Source: Candidatus Pacebacteria bacterium UBA6180 (GTDB lineage Bacteria; Patescibacteriota; Microgenomatia; UBA1400; PJMF01). From it: DNA of 58,546 nucleotides. Numbering within the stretch: the stretch's first letter is position 1; every line of letters begins with the position of its first letter. Location: the NCBI GenBank assembly GCA_002422165.1, contig DITQ01000007.1, positions 1 to 58,546 of the forward strand, read 5' to 3'. Both the position numbers and the translations under genes were made by a program. The notes under the pieces are model-generated. The model saw only the letters and a list, made by a program, of their open reading frames with translations. It was not told where the DNA came from and did not search any database. Below are positions 17,220-25,304 of the stretch, in pieces.

Positions 17220-18211
17220 AAATGTTCCTTTTTTTAATCATCAGTATTTTTTTGTGGCGTGAATTGTATGTCAAATGGCCCGACAAGCTGCTTCACCTCG
17301 TAGTTTGCGACGTGGGGCAGGGAGATGCGATTCTATTTAGCTACATGGGGCAGCAAATTTTAATTGATGCTGGGCCAAATGACAAAATTATTAACTGCTT
17401 AAATGACAAAATGCCTTTTTGGGATAAAAAGATTGATATATTAATCTTAACTCATTATGATGAAGATCACATTGGTGGATTCAAGCATGTGGCGCAAAGT
17501 TATGAGATTGGTTATGTTTTTTTACCTCTTACCGATTATAAGGAAAGCAAGACTTTCCTCGAGTTACAAGAGCGTTTATTGGCAATGCAAGAGCTTGGAT
17601 TGAAGATCAAACAGCCGTTTTTAGGCCAACAGATTAGCTTGGTCGAATTTAAGCCTGAGTACCAGGCTAAGTACAATAGTATGCTTACTTTAGATTTAAC
17701 TTTTTTGACCCCTTTCGTGTTAGACGCAGAGCAATATGTATTACTCGAGGAAAACCAGCGTTTTGCTTGGCAAAACACCGAAACATACTTATCGGCCGCA
17801 GAGTGGCAAAAAACAGCCACTTTAGAGAGCAATAATAATGGATCTATCGCAACATTTATTCAATTTGGGGAGCTTAAAATATTACTAACCGGAGACCTCG
17901 AGTTGCCCAGAGAAGTAGCACTCATAGAGCGCAGTCTGATAGGTCGAGTAGACGTCCAAAAAGCAGGGCACCATGGGTCAAAAACCGCTTCTGGACTCGA
18001 CTTTCTTGAGGCAACTCGACCCGAAATGGGGCTAATTTCTTGCGGTCTAAACAACAAATTTTCGCACCCACATCCAGAGGTATTGAGCAATTTTGCTGCA
18101 ACTCTTACAAAAATTGTCCGCACAGATGAGTTGGGGACCATAGAAATCCTCAGTGATGGGCAGAAATTTTGGTTAAAGGACGAAAAACAAAATCTTTTGT
18201 GGAAAAAATAA
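17216..18211 (+). CDS. comEC: ComEC-type metallo-beta-lactamase nuclease domain as a separate ORF
   Basis: N-terminal TM helix, then VCDVGQGDAILF, THYDEDHIGG (HxHxDH-type) and AGHHGSKTAS motifs typical of the ComEC C-terminal MBL domain. ATGA overlap with the preceding ORF, and a TAA lies in-frame immediately upstream. Confidence 0.8.
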   Translation: MKMFLFLIISIFLWRELYVKWPDKLLHLVVCDVGQGDAILFSYMGQQILIDAGPNDKIINCLNDKMPFWDKKIDILILTHYDEDHIGGFKHVAQSYEIGYVFLPLTDYKESKTFLELQERLLAMQELGLKIKQPFLGQQISLVEFKPEYQAKYNSMLTLDLTFLTPFVLDAEQYVLLEENQRFAWQNTETYLSAAEWQKTATLESNNNGSIATFIQFGELKILLTGDLELPREVALIERSLIGRVDVQKAGHHGSKTASGLDFLEATRPEMGLISCGLNNKFSHPHPEVLSNFAATLTKIVRTDELGTIEILSDGQKFWLKDEKQNLLWKK

Positions 18212-18719
18212 TTCCCAAATGATTGACCGGCTAACTCAAAAAAGCAAATTTTTTTTGCAATTAGCGACTCCCACTATGCCAAATTTTTGTACACTTTGCA
18301 AGCTTTTGCCAACTATCTTTGGCATAAAACCTGCACTAAATCGAGTTAAAAGATGTTCAAAAATAGCTTTTAGTAGTGTTCGTTTTAGAATAATTTTATT
18401 CAATTAAAAAGTTTAGCAAGCAGCAAAAACTCAGTAGAAATAGCGATTAGAACTTTTAAGAACGGCTTTTGTTTGGGTCGTCTCTCACAGTGGGACCACG
18501 CAGCATGCAAAAGAGTGCTCGCAAAGTCCATTACAAACTATTAAAAGACATTTTTCTAATTTTTACCCATATCGAACACAAAATTTTTGCCATAAAAACG
18601 CCAAATTTAATCAAAAGCAAATTTTTTCTGAGGGTATAAAATGTATTCAATTAGCTTCGTCTTTGCTTCGCATTTTTCTGGGACTAGATTTTTGAGCCAA
18701 GCGTCTTAAAATTAAGAGC

Positions 18720-20069
18720 ATGAGTTCTATGTTCCAAGTCAGTGATTTGCAAATTAAGCTCGCCAAAACCACCCGTCACTTACCGGTGCTTTTGGTAGAT
18801 ATTAAAAATAGCAAGTCAGTTACCACGATGATGTTAGCTAATACTGGCTCGCGCTACGAAACTGAAAATGAGGAAGGTTTGGCTCATTTTTTCGAACACA
18901 TGGTTTTTAAGGGTACGGCGAAGTTTCCCAGTGCTCACGCAATTTCTACTACTTTGGACAGCGTTGGCGCAGACTTCAACGCCTTCACCAGCAAAGAATA
19001 TACTGGCTACTACGTGCGCTCGGCAGCCGATCATTTCGGCATGGCTCTAGACGTGCTTTCTGACATGTTGTTTCAACCTAAGCTTCGTCAAAAAGACATC
19101 GACCGCGAGAAGGGGGTGATTGTCGAAGAGCTCAATATGTACAAGGATAATCCTTCCGCTCACATTGCCGATGTTTTTGACCAGCTAGTCTTTGCTAAAC
19201 GTGAAATGGCACACCCCATCATCGGGCGCAAGGAAACGATCAATTCTTTTGTCACTGCCGATTTCCAGCAATTCCTCAGCAAATACTACGGCCCAGAAAA
19301 CTTATTACTGGTTGTGGCTGGCGGCTTGGCTTCGCTAGCCAGCAATCAAGCTGCTCTGCTGGAGCAAATAGAACAGACTTTAGATAGGTTTCAAGGCGAA
19401 CGATCGTCAGAGAAAAATCCTTTTCCTAAGTCAACATCGACAGCTGTCGCCGTGATGGCTCAAAACAGTCTTAGTCCTCAAAAGTTTAACTTGGTCAAAC
19501 GAGAGACCGAACAAGCCCATTTCGTGATGGCTTGGCCGTCAATAAGTGCTGATCATCCGACTCGTCACGCACTGCAAGTGCTTTCTACCATCGTGGGAGG
19601 CAACATGAGCTCACGTTTGTTTAGTAAAGTTAGGGAAGAATTGGGCCTGGCCTATTACGTGCACTCAGACTTAGAGTTTTTTCATGATGTTGGGTTGTTT
19701 GGTTGTAGTGCTGGAGTTGATCAGAACCGCGCAGAAGAGGCGATTAAGGTTAGCAAGGAAGTTTTCACTGATTTGCTTAGTAGCAAGGCGAAAATTGGCT
19801 CAGAGGAGCTCGCCAAAGCCAAAGCATATTTGCGCGGTAAAACTTTATTAGGTTTGGAAAACAGCAATTCCGTGGCGCAGTTTTTTGGCTTACGTCGTTT
19901 GTTGCGCGAAGAAATCTTGTCGGTGGAGGAGACTTTGGCTAAAATTGAGGCGGTTAGCATCGATGAGTTGAAGCAGTTGATAGAGGAAATTATTCGTCCT
20001 GACGAGCTGCGATTGGCGATTATTGGCAACTTTAAAAAGGAAGAAAAGCTGCGTTTAGCGATGTCTTAA
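18720..20069 (+). CDS. M16 (pitrilysin/insulinase) family zinc peptidase
   Basis: Inverted zinc motif HFFEHMVFKGT (HxxEH) near the N-terminus. Size of 449 aa is typical for the family. Confidence 0.85.
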   Translation: MSSMFQVSDLQIKLAKTTRHLPVLLVDIKNSKSVTTMMLANTGSRYETENEEGLAHFFEHMVFKGTAKFPSAHAISTTLDSVGADFNAFTSKEYTGYYVRSAADHFGMALDVLSDMLFQPKLRQKDIDREKGVIVEELNMYKDNPSAHIADVFDQLVFAKREMAHPIIGRKETINSFVTADFQQFLSKYYGPENLLLVVAGGLASLASNQAALLEQIEQTLDRFQGERSSEKNPFPKSTSTAVAVMAQNSLSPQKFNLVKRETEQAHFVMAWPSISADHPTRHALQVLSTIVGGNMSSRLFSKVREELGLAYYVHSDLEFFHDVGLFGCSAGVDQNRAEEAIKVSKEVFTDLLSSKAKIGSEELAKAKAYLRGKTLLGLENSNSVAQFFGLRRLLREEILSVEETLAKIEAVSIDELKQLIEEIIRPDELRLAIIGNFKKEEKLRLAMS

Positions 20070-20201
20070 TTTATCTTTTGATATATTAAACGATATTAAA
20101 GTTAGTGTAGAAAGCAGCCAAACACGAACAAAGCACCAAAACAGCTAACTTTTGATATACTATTAGTTATTAATTAATATTTAGATAGAGAAAGGTAAAA
20201 T

Positions 20202-20684
20202 ATGAAAGTGACTAGAACTGCGGTCTTAGTTAAGCCAGATGGCTTGCAAAGAGGCTTGATTGGCGAGATTATTTCTCGCTTCGAACGCAAAGGTCTTAAG
20301 CTAGTGGGGCTCAAGATGGTTCGCATGACTGAGGGCATGCTTGATCAGTGGTATATGGAGCACCGCGACAAAAGTTTTTTCAAGAATTTGAAAAGTTTTA
20401 TGTCCTCGATGCCAATTGTAGCCATGGTTTGGGAAGGCATTGACGCTGTGCCTGTGGTTCGCAAATTGGTCGGTACCACCTTAGGTCGTGAAGCTGAAGG
20501 CGGCTCGATTAGAGGTGACTTCGGTATGAGTCAGCAAATGAATCTAATTCACGCTTCGTCCAACAATACTGACGCTGAGCGTGAAATCGGTATCGTTTTC
20601 AATGCCGACGAATTGTTTGGCTATCACAGCGTGGTAGAAGCAGTCGTTTACGCTGAAGGCGAAGTTGAGTACGAGGGGTTGTAA
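20202..20684 (+). CDS. ndk: nucleoside diphosphate kinase
   Basis: TAVLVKPDGLQRGLIGEIISRFERKGLKLVGLKM, and active-site region NLIHASSN (NxxHxS). Confidence 0.9.
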   Translation: MKVTRTAVLVKPDGLQRGLIGEIISRFERKGLKLVGLKMVRMTEGMLDQWYMEHRDKSFFKNLKSFMSSMPIVAMVWEGIDAVPVVRKLVGTTLGREAEGGSIRGDFGMSQQMNLIHASSNNTDAEREIGIVFNADELFGYHSVVEAVVYAEGEVEYEGL

Positions 20685-20731
20685 AGCAGGTCGAAGTAGA
20701 CAAAACTCTAGCTTCGTGCCATCATGGGTGC

Positions 20732-21769
20732 ATGTCTCAAAAACTTACCCAAACCCCCTTTTTTGTCGATGATGCTGCTCTCAAAAACCTGAAGCTAGTG
20801 GCAGTCGCGTACTCGCACGTCGACCGCGATGATTTTCCGACTCAGGGTTCCTACGAAGCAGAACTGGAAGTGGAGGATCGAGCCGAAGAGGTGATTGCCG
20901 AAGTCGCCAAGTTAGGCGTGGCAGTCAAGGGTTACGCCGCCAATCAGTATTTTTTCACTAATATTCTGGTGGACAAGCCCGACCTAGTGCTAAACCTAGT
21001 CGACACCGTCCGCGGTCTTGACGGTTTGCAGCCTGCTGTGCCAGGTGCTTTGGAGCTGTCTGGCATCAAATACACTGGTTCCGGTCTGCGTGGCTTGGTG
21101 CTTGGTAATGATCGACACATGTTTAAGCAGATGTTGATTGCCCATGATATCCCGACTCCAGCTTACAAGTTCATCAAAGATATGCGCTCGAGGATTCCAG
21201 AGGAGCTTGGCTTGCCTCTGATCGTCAAGCTCAACGAGAGTGGCGGTAGTGTCGGCATCGACAACAAGGCAGTCAAGGAAACCCTTGATTCGGCGACCAA
21301 AAAAGTTGCTCAAATGCTTGAAGCGCATAAGATGCACGTCATCGTCGAGCAATTTATCGGTGGGCCAGAAATCACGGCGGTGGCTTATCATGATGGTCAT
21401 AAGCGTCATGTTTTCTTGGGCCAAAAGATCTTTCGTGTCAAGCCAGATGGCAAACATAACTTTACTAGTTTAGAGAGCTATGACAATGCCAAGGCCTATT
21501 ACTACAAAATTCCCGACCAAGAAGTGATCGACTTAATCACGCCGCTGGTGTTACGAGCTTTTGAAAGTCAAGATTACCGCGACTATGCCAAGTTTGATAT
21601 TCGTTATGATGAGGCGAGTAAAACGCCTTACTTTATCGACTGTAATCCCAACACTGCTCTTGGTCCAGATAAGGGCTTGCCGATGACTGAAGTGCTTGGT
21701 TTGCATGGTATCGATTTTACTCATTTACTCAAGAGTTTGTTATCCAAATATGCAGCCTTGATCAAGTAA
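20732..21769 (+). CDS. ATP-grasp ligase, divergent D-alanine--D-alanine ligase family
   Basis: ALELSGIKYTGSGLRGLVLGNDRHMFKQMLIAHDIPTP resembles Ddl (LLEL.GIPYTGSGV.AS....DK...K). LIVKLNESGGSVGI is an ATP-grasp P-loop-like segment. It lacks the Ddl HG..GEDG motif. Confidence 0.6.
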   Translation: MSQKLTQTPFFVDDAALKNLKLVAVAYSHVDRDDFPTQGSYEAELEVEDRAEEVIAEVAKLGVAVKGYAANQYFFTNILVDKPDLVLNLVDTVRGLDGLQPAVPGALELSGIKYTGSGLRGLVLGNDRHMFKQMLIAHDIPTPAYKFIKDMRSRIPEELGLPLIVKLNESGGSVGIDNKAVKETLDSATKKVAQMLEAHKMHVIVEQFIGGPEITAVAYHDGHKRHVFLGQKIFRVKPDGKHNFTSLESYDNAKAYYYKIPDQEVIDLITPLVLRAFESQDYRDYAKFDIRYDEASKTPYFIDCNPNTALGPDKGLPMTEVLGLHGIDFTHLLKSLLSKYAALIK

Positions 21770-21772
21770 ACT

Positions 21773-22390
21773 ATGGTGCAAGTACAGCGTGTCACTCAAA
21801 TTTCTGAAGCTCATTGTGGACCAGCAGTTTTGCAAATGCTTCTAGAAACGGTGGGAGTTAGCACTGACCAGGAGACCATTACTGATCTGGCGGGTGTAAC
21901 TGAAACCATCGAAGAGCAGGGCACTCGAGTCGATCAGCTAGCCTTGGCTTGTCAGCAGATCGCTCCACACGTTCAGTTTTGGTACAAGTACTACGCCAAT
22001 TTGGAAGACCTAAAGTATCTGTTACAGCAGGGGATCCCGGTGGGGGTGGAGTGGCAAGGCTTGTTTTACCAGTCGCTTGAGGAAGAAGCGGAAGCTGTGG
22101 GGGAGGATGCTGATGAAACCGACTTCGGTCACTATAGCGTAGTAGTGTACTTCGACGAGGAGATTGAGCAGCTAGTTTTAGTGGATCCTTATAAGGATTT
22201 TCGATACCGGGATCGAGTGATAGACATGCAGACTTTTTTACGTCGCTGGTGGGACAGTAATGAATTGATTGACGAAAAAAGCGGTCGCAAAATTTTGGTT
22301 AACGATACTCATTTGTTGTTTTTTGTCACTGCGGAAGATGTAGAGCTGTCGACGGAGCGAGGATTTAAGAGTTTTGGGAGGGTGGAGTAG
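21773..22390 (+). CDS. C39-like papain-fold cysteine peptidase domain protein
   Basis: Candidate catalytic Cys in SEAHCGPAVLQMLL and His in FGHYSVVVYFDEE. There is an acidic insert EEEAEAVGEDADETD. It starts 4 nt after the ATP-grasp stop. Confidence 0.5.
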   Translation: MVQVQRVTQISEAHCGPAVLQMLLETVGVSTDQETITDLAGVTETIEEQGTRVDQLALACQQIAPHVQFWYKYYANLEDLKYLLQQGIPVGVEWQGLFYQSLEEEAEAVGEDADETDFGHYSVVVYFDEEIEQLVLVDPYKDFRYRDRVIDMQTFLRRWWDSNELIDEKSGRKILVNDTHLLFFVTAEDVELSTERGFKSFGRVE

Positions 22391-22394
22391 GTTG

Positions 22395-22484
22395 GTGCCC
22401 CTAAGCATTTTTAATCCACACAGGGTAATTCTAGATCTAGTTGATTTAATGAACACTTTTCTACCTGATGTGAGGCGACTTGAG
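22395..22484 (+). repeat. 90-bp direct repeat, copy 1 (3' of C39-like gene)
   Basis: gtgcccctaagcatttttaatccacacagggtaattctagatctagttgatttaatgaacacttttctacctgatgtgaggcgacttgag matches 23683-23772 at 84 of 90 positions by hand alignment. It contains the palindrome CTAGATCTAG (22431-22440). Confidence 0.9.
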
Positions 22485-22530
22485 TTGAGCTGTTAGCGAT
22501 CTCTCAGTGTGGGGAAGTGAACTGTTGAAG

Positions 22531-22539
22531 TGATACAAT
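22531..22539 (+). promoter_or_regulatory. candidate extended -10 promoter element for GNAT gene
   Basis: TGATACAAT (TGnTAnnnT) lies 12 nt upstream of ATG 22551, so the leader would be very short. Weak evidence. Confidence 0.2.
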
Positions 22540-22550
22540 TAAATTAACTG

Positions 22551-23393
22551 ATGAATTATCAAATAAAAAACATCAATTTAATAAAAAACAACACTCCTAT
22601 AGCTTGGGCAGAAATAGAAGGATGGAATCCTGGAGTTTATGACGCCAGGGCTTTTTATGCAGTAGATAATCGCGGTTATTTTGTTGGATATATAGGTAAT
22701 AAGGCAATATCTTCTATCTCAGCTGTTGCATATGACAAAACATTTGGGTTTTTAGGTTTTTATATAGTGAAGCCAGAACATCGAGGTAAAGAATATGGTG
22801 TTAAGATTTGGAATGAGGCTTTGAAGCATTTGCCAACTCAAAACATTGGTCTTGATGGAGTAGTTGAGCAACAAGATAACTATAAAAAATCTGGATTTAA
22901 ATTAGCCTACAAAAATGTTCGCTATCAAGGTAAAGGCATTGATAAAATTTTGCTTGCAAAGCACTTGGTCAATTTGTCAGAAATTCCTTTCGAACAGTTG
23001 CAAAAATATGATGACCAAATATTTCCAACCTCTAGACCGTCATTTTTGAAAGAATGGATTAAACAACCAAACAGCCTTTCTCTAGGATATGTTGAATCTG
23101 GAAAGTTGGTTGGTTATGGAATGGTAAGAAAATGTAAAAATGGTTTTAAAGTCGGGCCGTTATTCGCAAATGATGTAACTATCGCTGATGGTTTATTTCA
23201 AGCACTTAGGTCTTTTGTAGGTAAGGAAGAAACAATTTTCTTAGATGTTCCAGTACCGAATAAAAAGGCAATAGAAATGGCAAGAATTTGCAACATGACG
23301 CCAGTTTTCGAAACAGCTAGAATGTATACTAAGAAAGCCCCAAAAACTCCTATTAAAAAAGTGTTTGGCGTGACGACGTTTGAAGTTGGGTAA
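22551..23393 (+). CDS. GNAT family N-acetyltransferase (two-domain, YitH-like)
   Basis: FLGFYIVKPEHRGKEYGVKIWNEAL is a GNAT motif A (Q/RxxGxG/A-like). Length of 280 aa with a second C-terminal fold. Markedly lower GC than the flanks. Confidence 0.75.
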   Translation: MNYQIKNINLIKNNTPIAWAEIEGWNPGVYDARAFYAVDNRGYFVGYIGNKAISSISAVAYDKTFGFLGFYIVKPEHRGKEYGVKIWNEALKHLPTQNIGLDGVVEQQDNYKKSGFKLAYKNVRYQGKGIDKILLAKHLVNLSEIPFEQLQKYDDQIFPTSRPSFLKEWIKQPNSLSLGYVESGKLVGYGMVRKCKNGFKVGPLFANDVTIADGLFQALRSFVGKEETIFLDVPVPNKKAIEMARICNMTPVFETARMYTKKAPKTPIKKVFGVTTFEVG

Positions 23394-23397
23394 AAAT

Positions 23398-23652
23398 ATG
23401 GAAATTAAAGATAATAATTTGTTTAATACCATTGTTCAAATAGCCATTCCAGTTCTAACTATTTCTGTACAAATTGCTATAGCAATGAAACTTCCTCAAT
23501 GGGGTTTAGTTATAAATATGATAGCTCAACCATTTTGGATTTATTCTGCTTGGAAAGCATATAAACAAGCAGGTCAAATTGGTCTTTTAATCACTACAAT
23601 ACTGGTTACCATTGTAATAGCATTAGGGTTAATAAATTATTGGTTGGTTTAA
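23398..23652 (+). CDS. small three-TM membrane protein, unknown function
   Basis: ATG at 23398, 4 nt after the GNAT stop (the track starts it at TTG 23380). There are three hydrophobic segments. Low GC. Confidence 0.5.
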   Translation: MEIKDNNLFNTIVQIAIPVLTISVQIAIAMKLPQWGLVINMIAQPFWIYSAWKAYKQAGQIGLLITTILVTIVIALGLINYWLV

Positions 23653-23682
23653 AACCAAGCTTTGGTTTGCTGATTGAGAATC

Positions 23683-23772
23683 GTGCCCCTAAGCATTTTT
23701 AATCCACACAAGGTAATCCTAGATCTAGTTGACCTAATGAACACTTTTCTACCTGATTTGAGGAGACTTGAG
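23683..23772 (+). repeat. 90-bp direct repeat, copy 2 (3' of small membrane protein gene)
   Basis: See copy 1. The palindrome CTAGATCTAG lies at 23719-23728. Confidence 0.9.
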
Positions 23773-23786
23773 CTGGCTTATTAAAC

Positions 23787-23816
23787 TTGACTCAGTTTGA
23801 GATAAGAGAATATACT
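23787..23816 (+). promoter_or_regulatory. candidate sigma70-type promoter
   Basis: TTGACT (23787-23792), 18-nt spacer, TATACT (23811-23816). This argues that the downstream ORF starts at ATG 23856 rather than TTG 23787. Confidence 0.35.
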
Positions 23817-23855
23817 GCAATTAGCACGTTTGTTCTTAAATTAAATAAGGTCATT

Positions 23856-24122
23856 ATGGCAAAAGAAGAAATAAAAACCGACAGACCATCAGCTCAAAGC
23901 ATATTTCAAAATTGTGCTGCGATTAGAAATATGCAGTATATACTTGAATTAAATCCAGAAAATCAAGTCATTCGAAAAAAACTAGAAAGTTCAACTAGAC
24001 AAATGAGAGTAGCAATACAGCTTTGGGGTGGGGCTGAAGAAATTGATGGATGGTTGCTTAATAATGATCCTGGTCACAGCTTATTGAGCAAAATTGAAGA
24101 GATGGATTGGAGTTGGTTGTGA
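23856..24122 (+). CDS. hypothetical protein (88 aa)
   Basis: ORF with AAGG 9 nt upstream of ATG 23856. No recognisable motifs. Low GC. Confidence 0.4.
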   Translation: MAKEEIKTDRPSAQSIFQNCAAIRNMQYILELNPENQVIRKKLESSTRQMRVAIQLWGGAEEIDGWLLNNDPGHSLLSKIEEMDWSWL

Positions 24123-24165
24123 GAAAAATTTATTTATTTGTTAATTCGTCCTAAACGGTGTCTTG

Positions 24166-24237
24166 TGCCCTCACCAAGAATCGAACTTGGATTTAAGGTT
24201 TAGGAAACCTCCGTTCTATCCGTTGAACTATGAGGGC
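24166..24237 (-). tRNA. tRNA-Arg (anticodon CCT)
   Basis: Hand-folded cloverleaf: GCCCTCA TA GTTC AACGGATA GAAC G GAGGT TTCCTAA ACCTT AAAT CCAAG TTCGATT CTTGG TGAGGGC A. 72 nt, no encoded CCA. Confidence 0.85.
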
Positions 24238-24245
24238 GTTTCTCA

Positions 24246-25295
24246 TTAGTCGCTATTATAAACCACTTTGAGCCGGCGCAAATCATCGCCGTAGCCGCGC
24301 AGGTAGCTGTCATCCAGCTGGCTGAAGATCTGGCGAGTCAGGTAGTTGTCGAATTCAAGCATTTTCACGTCTGGATCAGGGTGGGCGCCACGCCACAAGT
24401 TTGGCAACGCGGCTTTTTGAGCCAAAAGTCGTACTCTTTGGTGATAGAAGTATTTTCTAAGCCAGTTGAAAGTTGGAGGTGGGGCAGTGCTATCCTTACT
24501 GATCCTAATGGCGTCCACCAGGCCTTGAGTATCTGCAAAGGGGCAGCCACAAGCGATGACGAAAACTTCGGGGTGCTGGCGGCGCAGGTAGCGCAACAAC
24601 TGTTTGACTTGACGGCTAGCTGTTTCTGCGGTTTGCAAGTGCGAGTTGAAGTAGGGAGCGTAGAGAAAGTCCAGTTTGAGGACTTTAATTCCCCATTTTT
24701 CGATGATTTGGTCCAAACTCTTGAAGATGTATTCTTTGACTCTTTTCTGCCCGAAATCGAGTAAATATTTGCGGTAGAAGAGGTGATCAAGTGGGGGGAA
24801 GCTACGAAAGCCGTTGACTAGCCGGTTGTTTTGATCGCGAACGAAGAATTCTGGGTGTTGCTGGAGCAGGGCTGAGTCTGGCGAGGCCAGAAAGGGTGCT
24901 AGCCACAAGCCAGGTTGGAAGCGCAGTTTTTTGATCTCGCGAGCGAGCGCAGTGATGCCGCCTGGAAACTTGTCGTGGTTTGCTGCCTGCCAGTCGCCCC
25001 ATTTGGTCCAGCCGTCGTCGATGATGATAGTGTCGACGGGGAGTTTAAATTTTTGACAGAGCTTGGTTTGCTCGAGGATTTTTTCCGCAGTAATTTTCTC
25101 TCCTAGGGCATACCACGAGCACCAGTACCCTTGTGGCTTGGAGAGACGGAGAGTTGTTTTTTTGTTGGAATATTGCTTTGCTTTTGGTGACTGTTGGTTT
25201 GGCAGGGGGCAATAATCCCAACGAGGCCAAGGCAGCCAGGCTGGCTTTGCTGGGCTCCATGATTGCCAGGGTGTATATGAAGGCATGGGTTCCAT
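24246..25295 (-). CDS. alpha-galactosidase-like glycoside hydrolase (clan GH-D, GH36/GH27-like TIM barrel)
   Basis: VDTIIIDDGWTKWGDW (DDGW motif), FQPGLWLAPF, VLKLDFLYAP (KxD nucleophile region) and ACGCPF. Confidence 0.6.
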   Translation of the reverse strand: MEPMPSYTPWQSWSPAKPAWLPWPRWDYCPLPNQQSPKAKQYSNKKTTLRLSKPQGYWCSWYALGEKITAEKILEQTKLCQKFKLPVDTIIIDDGWTKWGDWQAANHDKFPGGITALAREIKKLRFQPGLWLAPFLASPDSALLQQHPEFFVRDQNNRLVNGFRSFPPLDHLFYRKYLLDFGQKRVKEYIFKSLDQIIEKWGIKVLKLDFLYAPYFNSHLQTAETASRQVKQLLRYLRRQHPEVFVIACGCPFADTQGLVDAIRISKDSTAPPPTFNWLRKYFYHQRVRLLAQKAALPNLWRGAHPDPDVKMLEFDNYLTRQIFSQLDDSYLRGYGDDLRRLKVVYNSD

Positions 25296-25304
25296 TATAA
25301 ACTT

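Noticed and set aside
18219-18407. 62-aa plus-strand ORF after ComEC
   Set aside because: It is an AT-rich, low-complexity translation with no start context. It is treated as non-coding.
22395-23772. Integron cassette with attC sites
   Set aside because: No IntI-type integrase is present. The repeat ends do not fit the RYYYAAC / GTTRRRY core sites, and the repeat lacks the extended imperfect inverted-repeat structure of attC.
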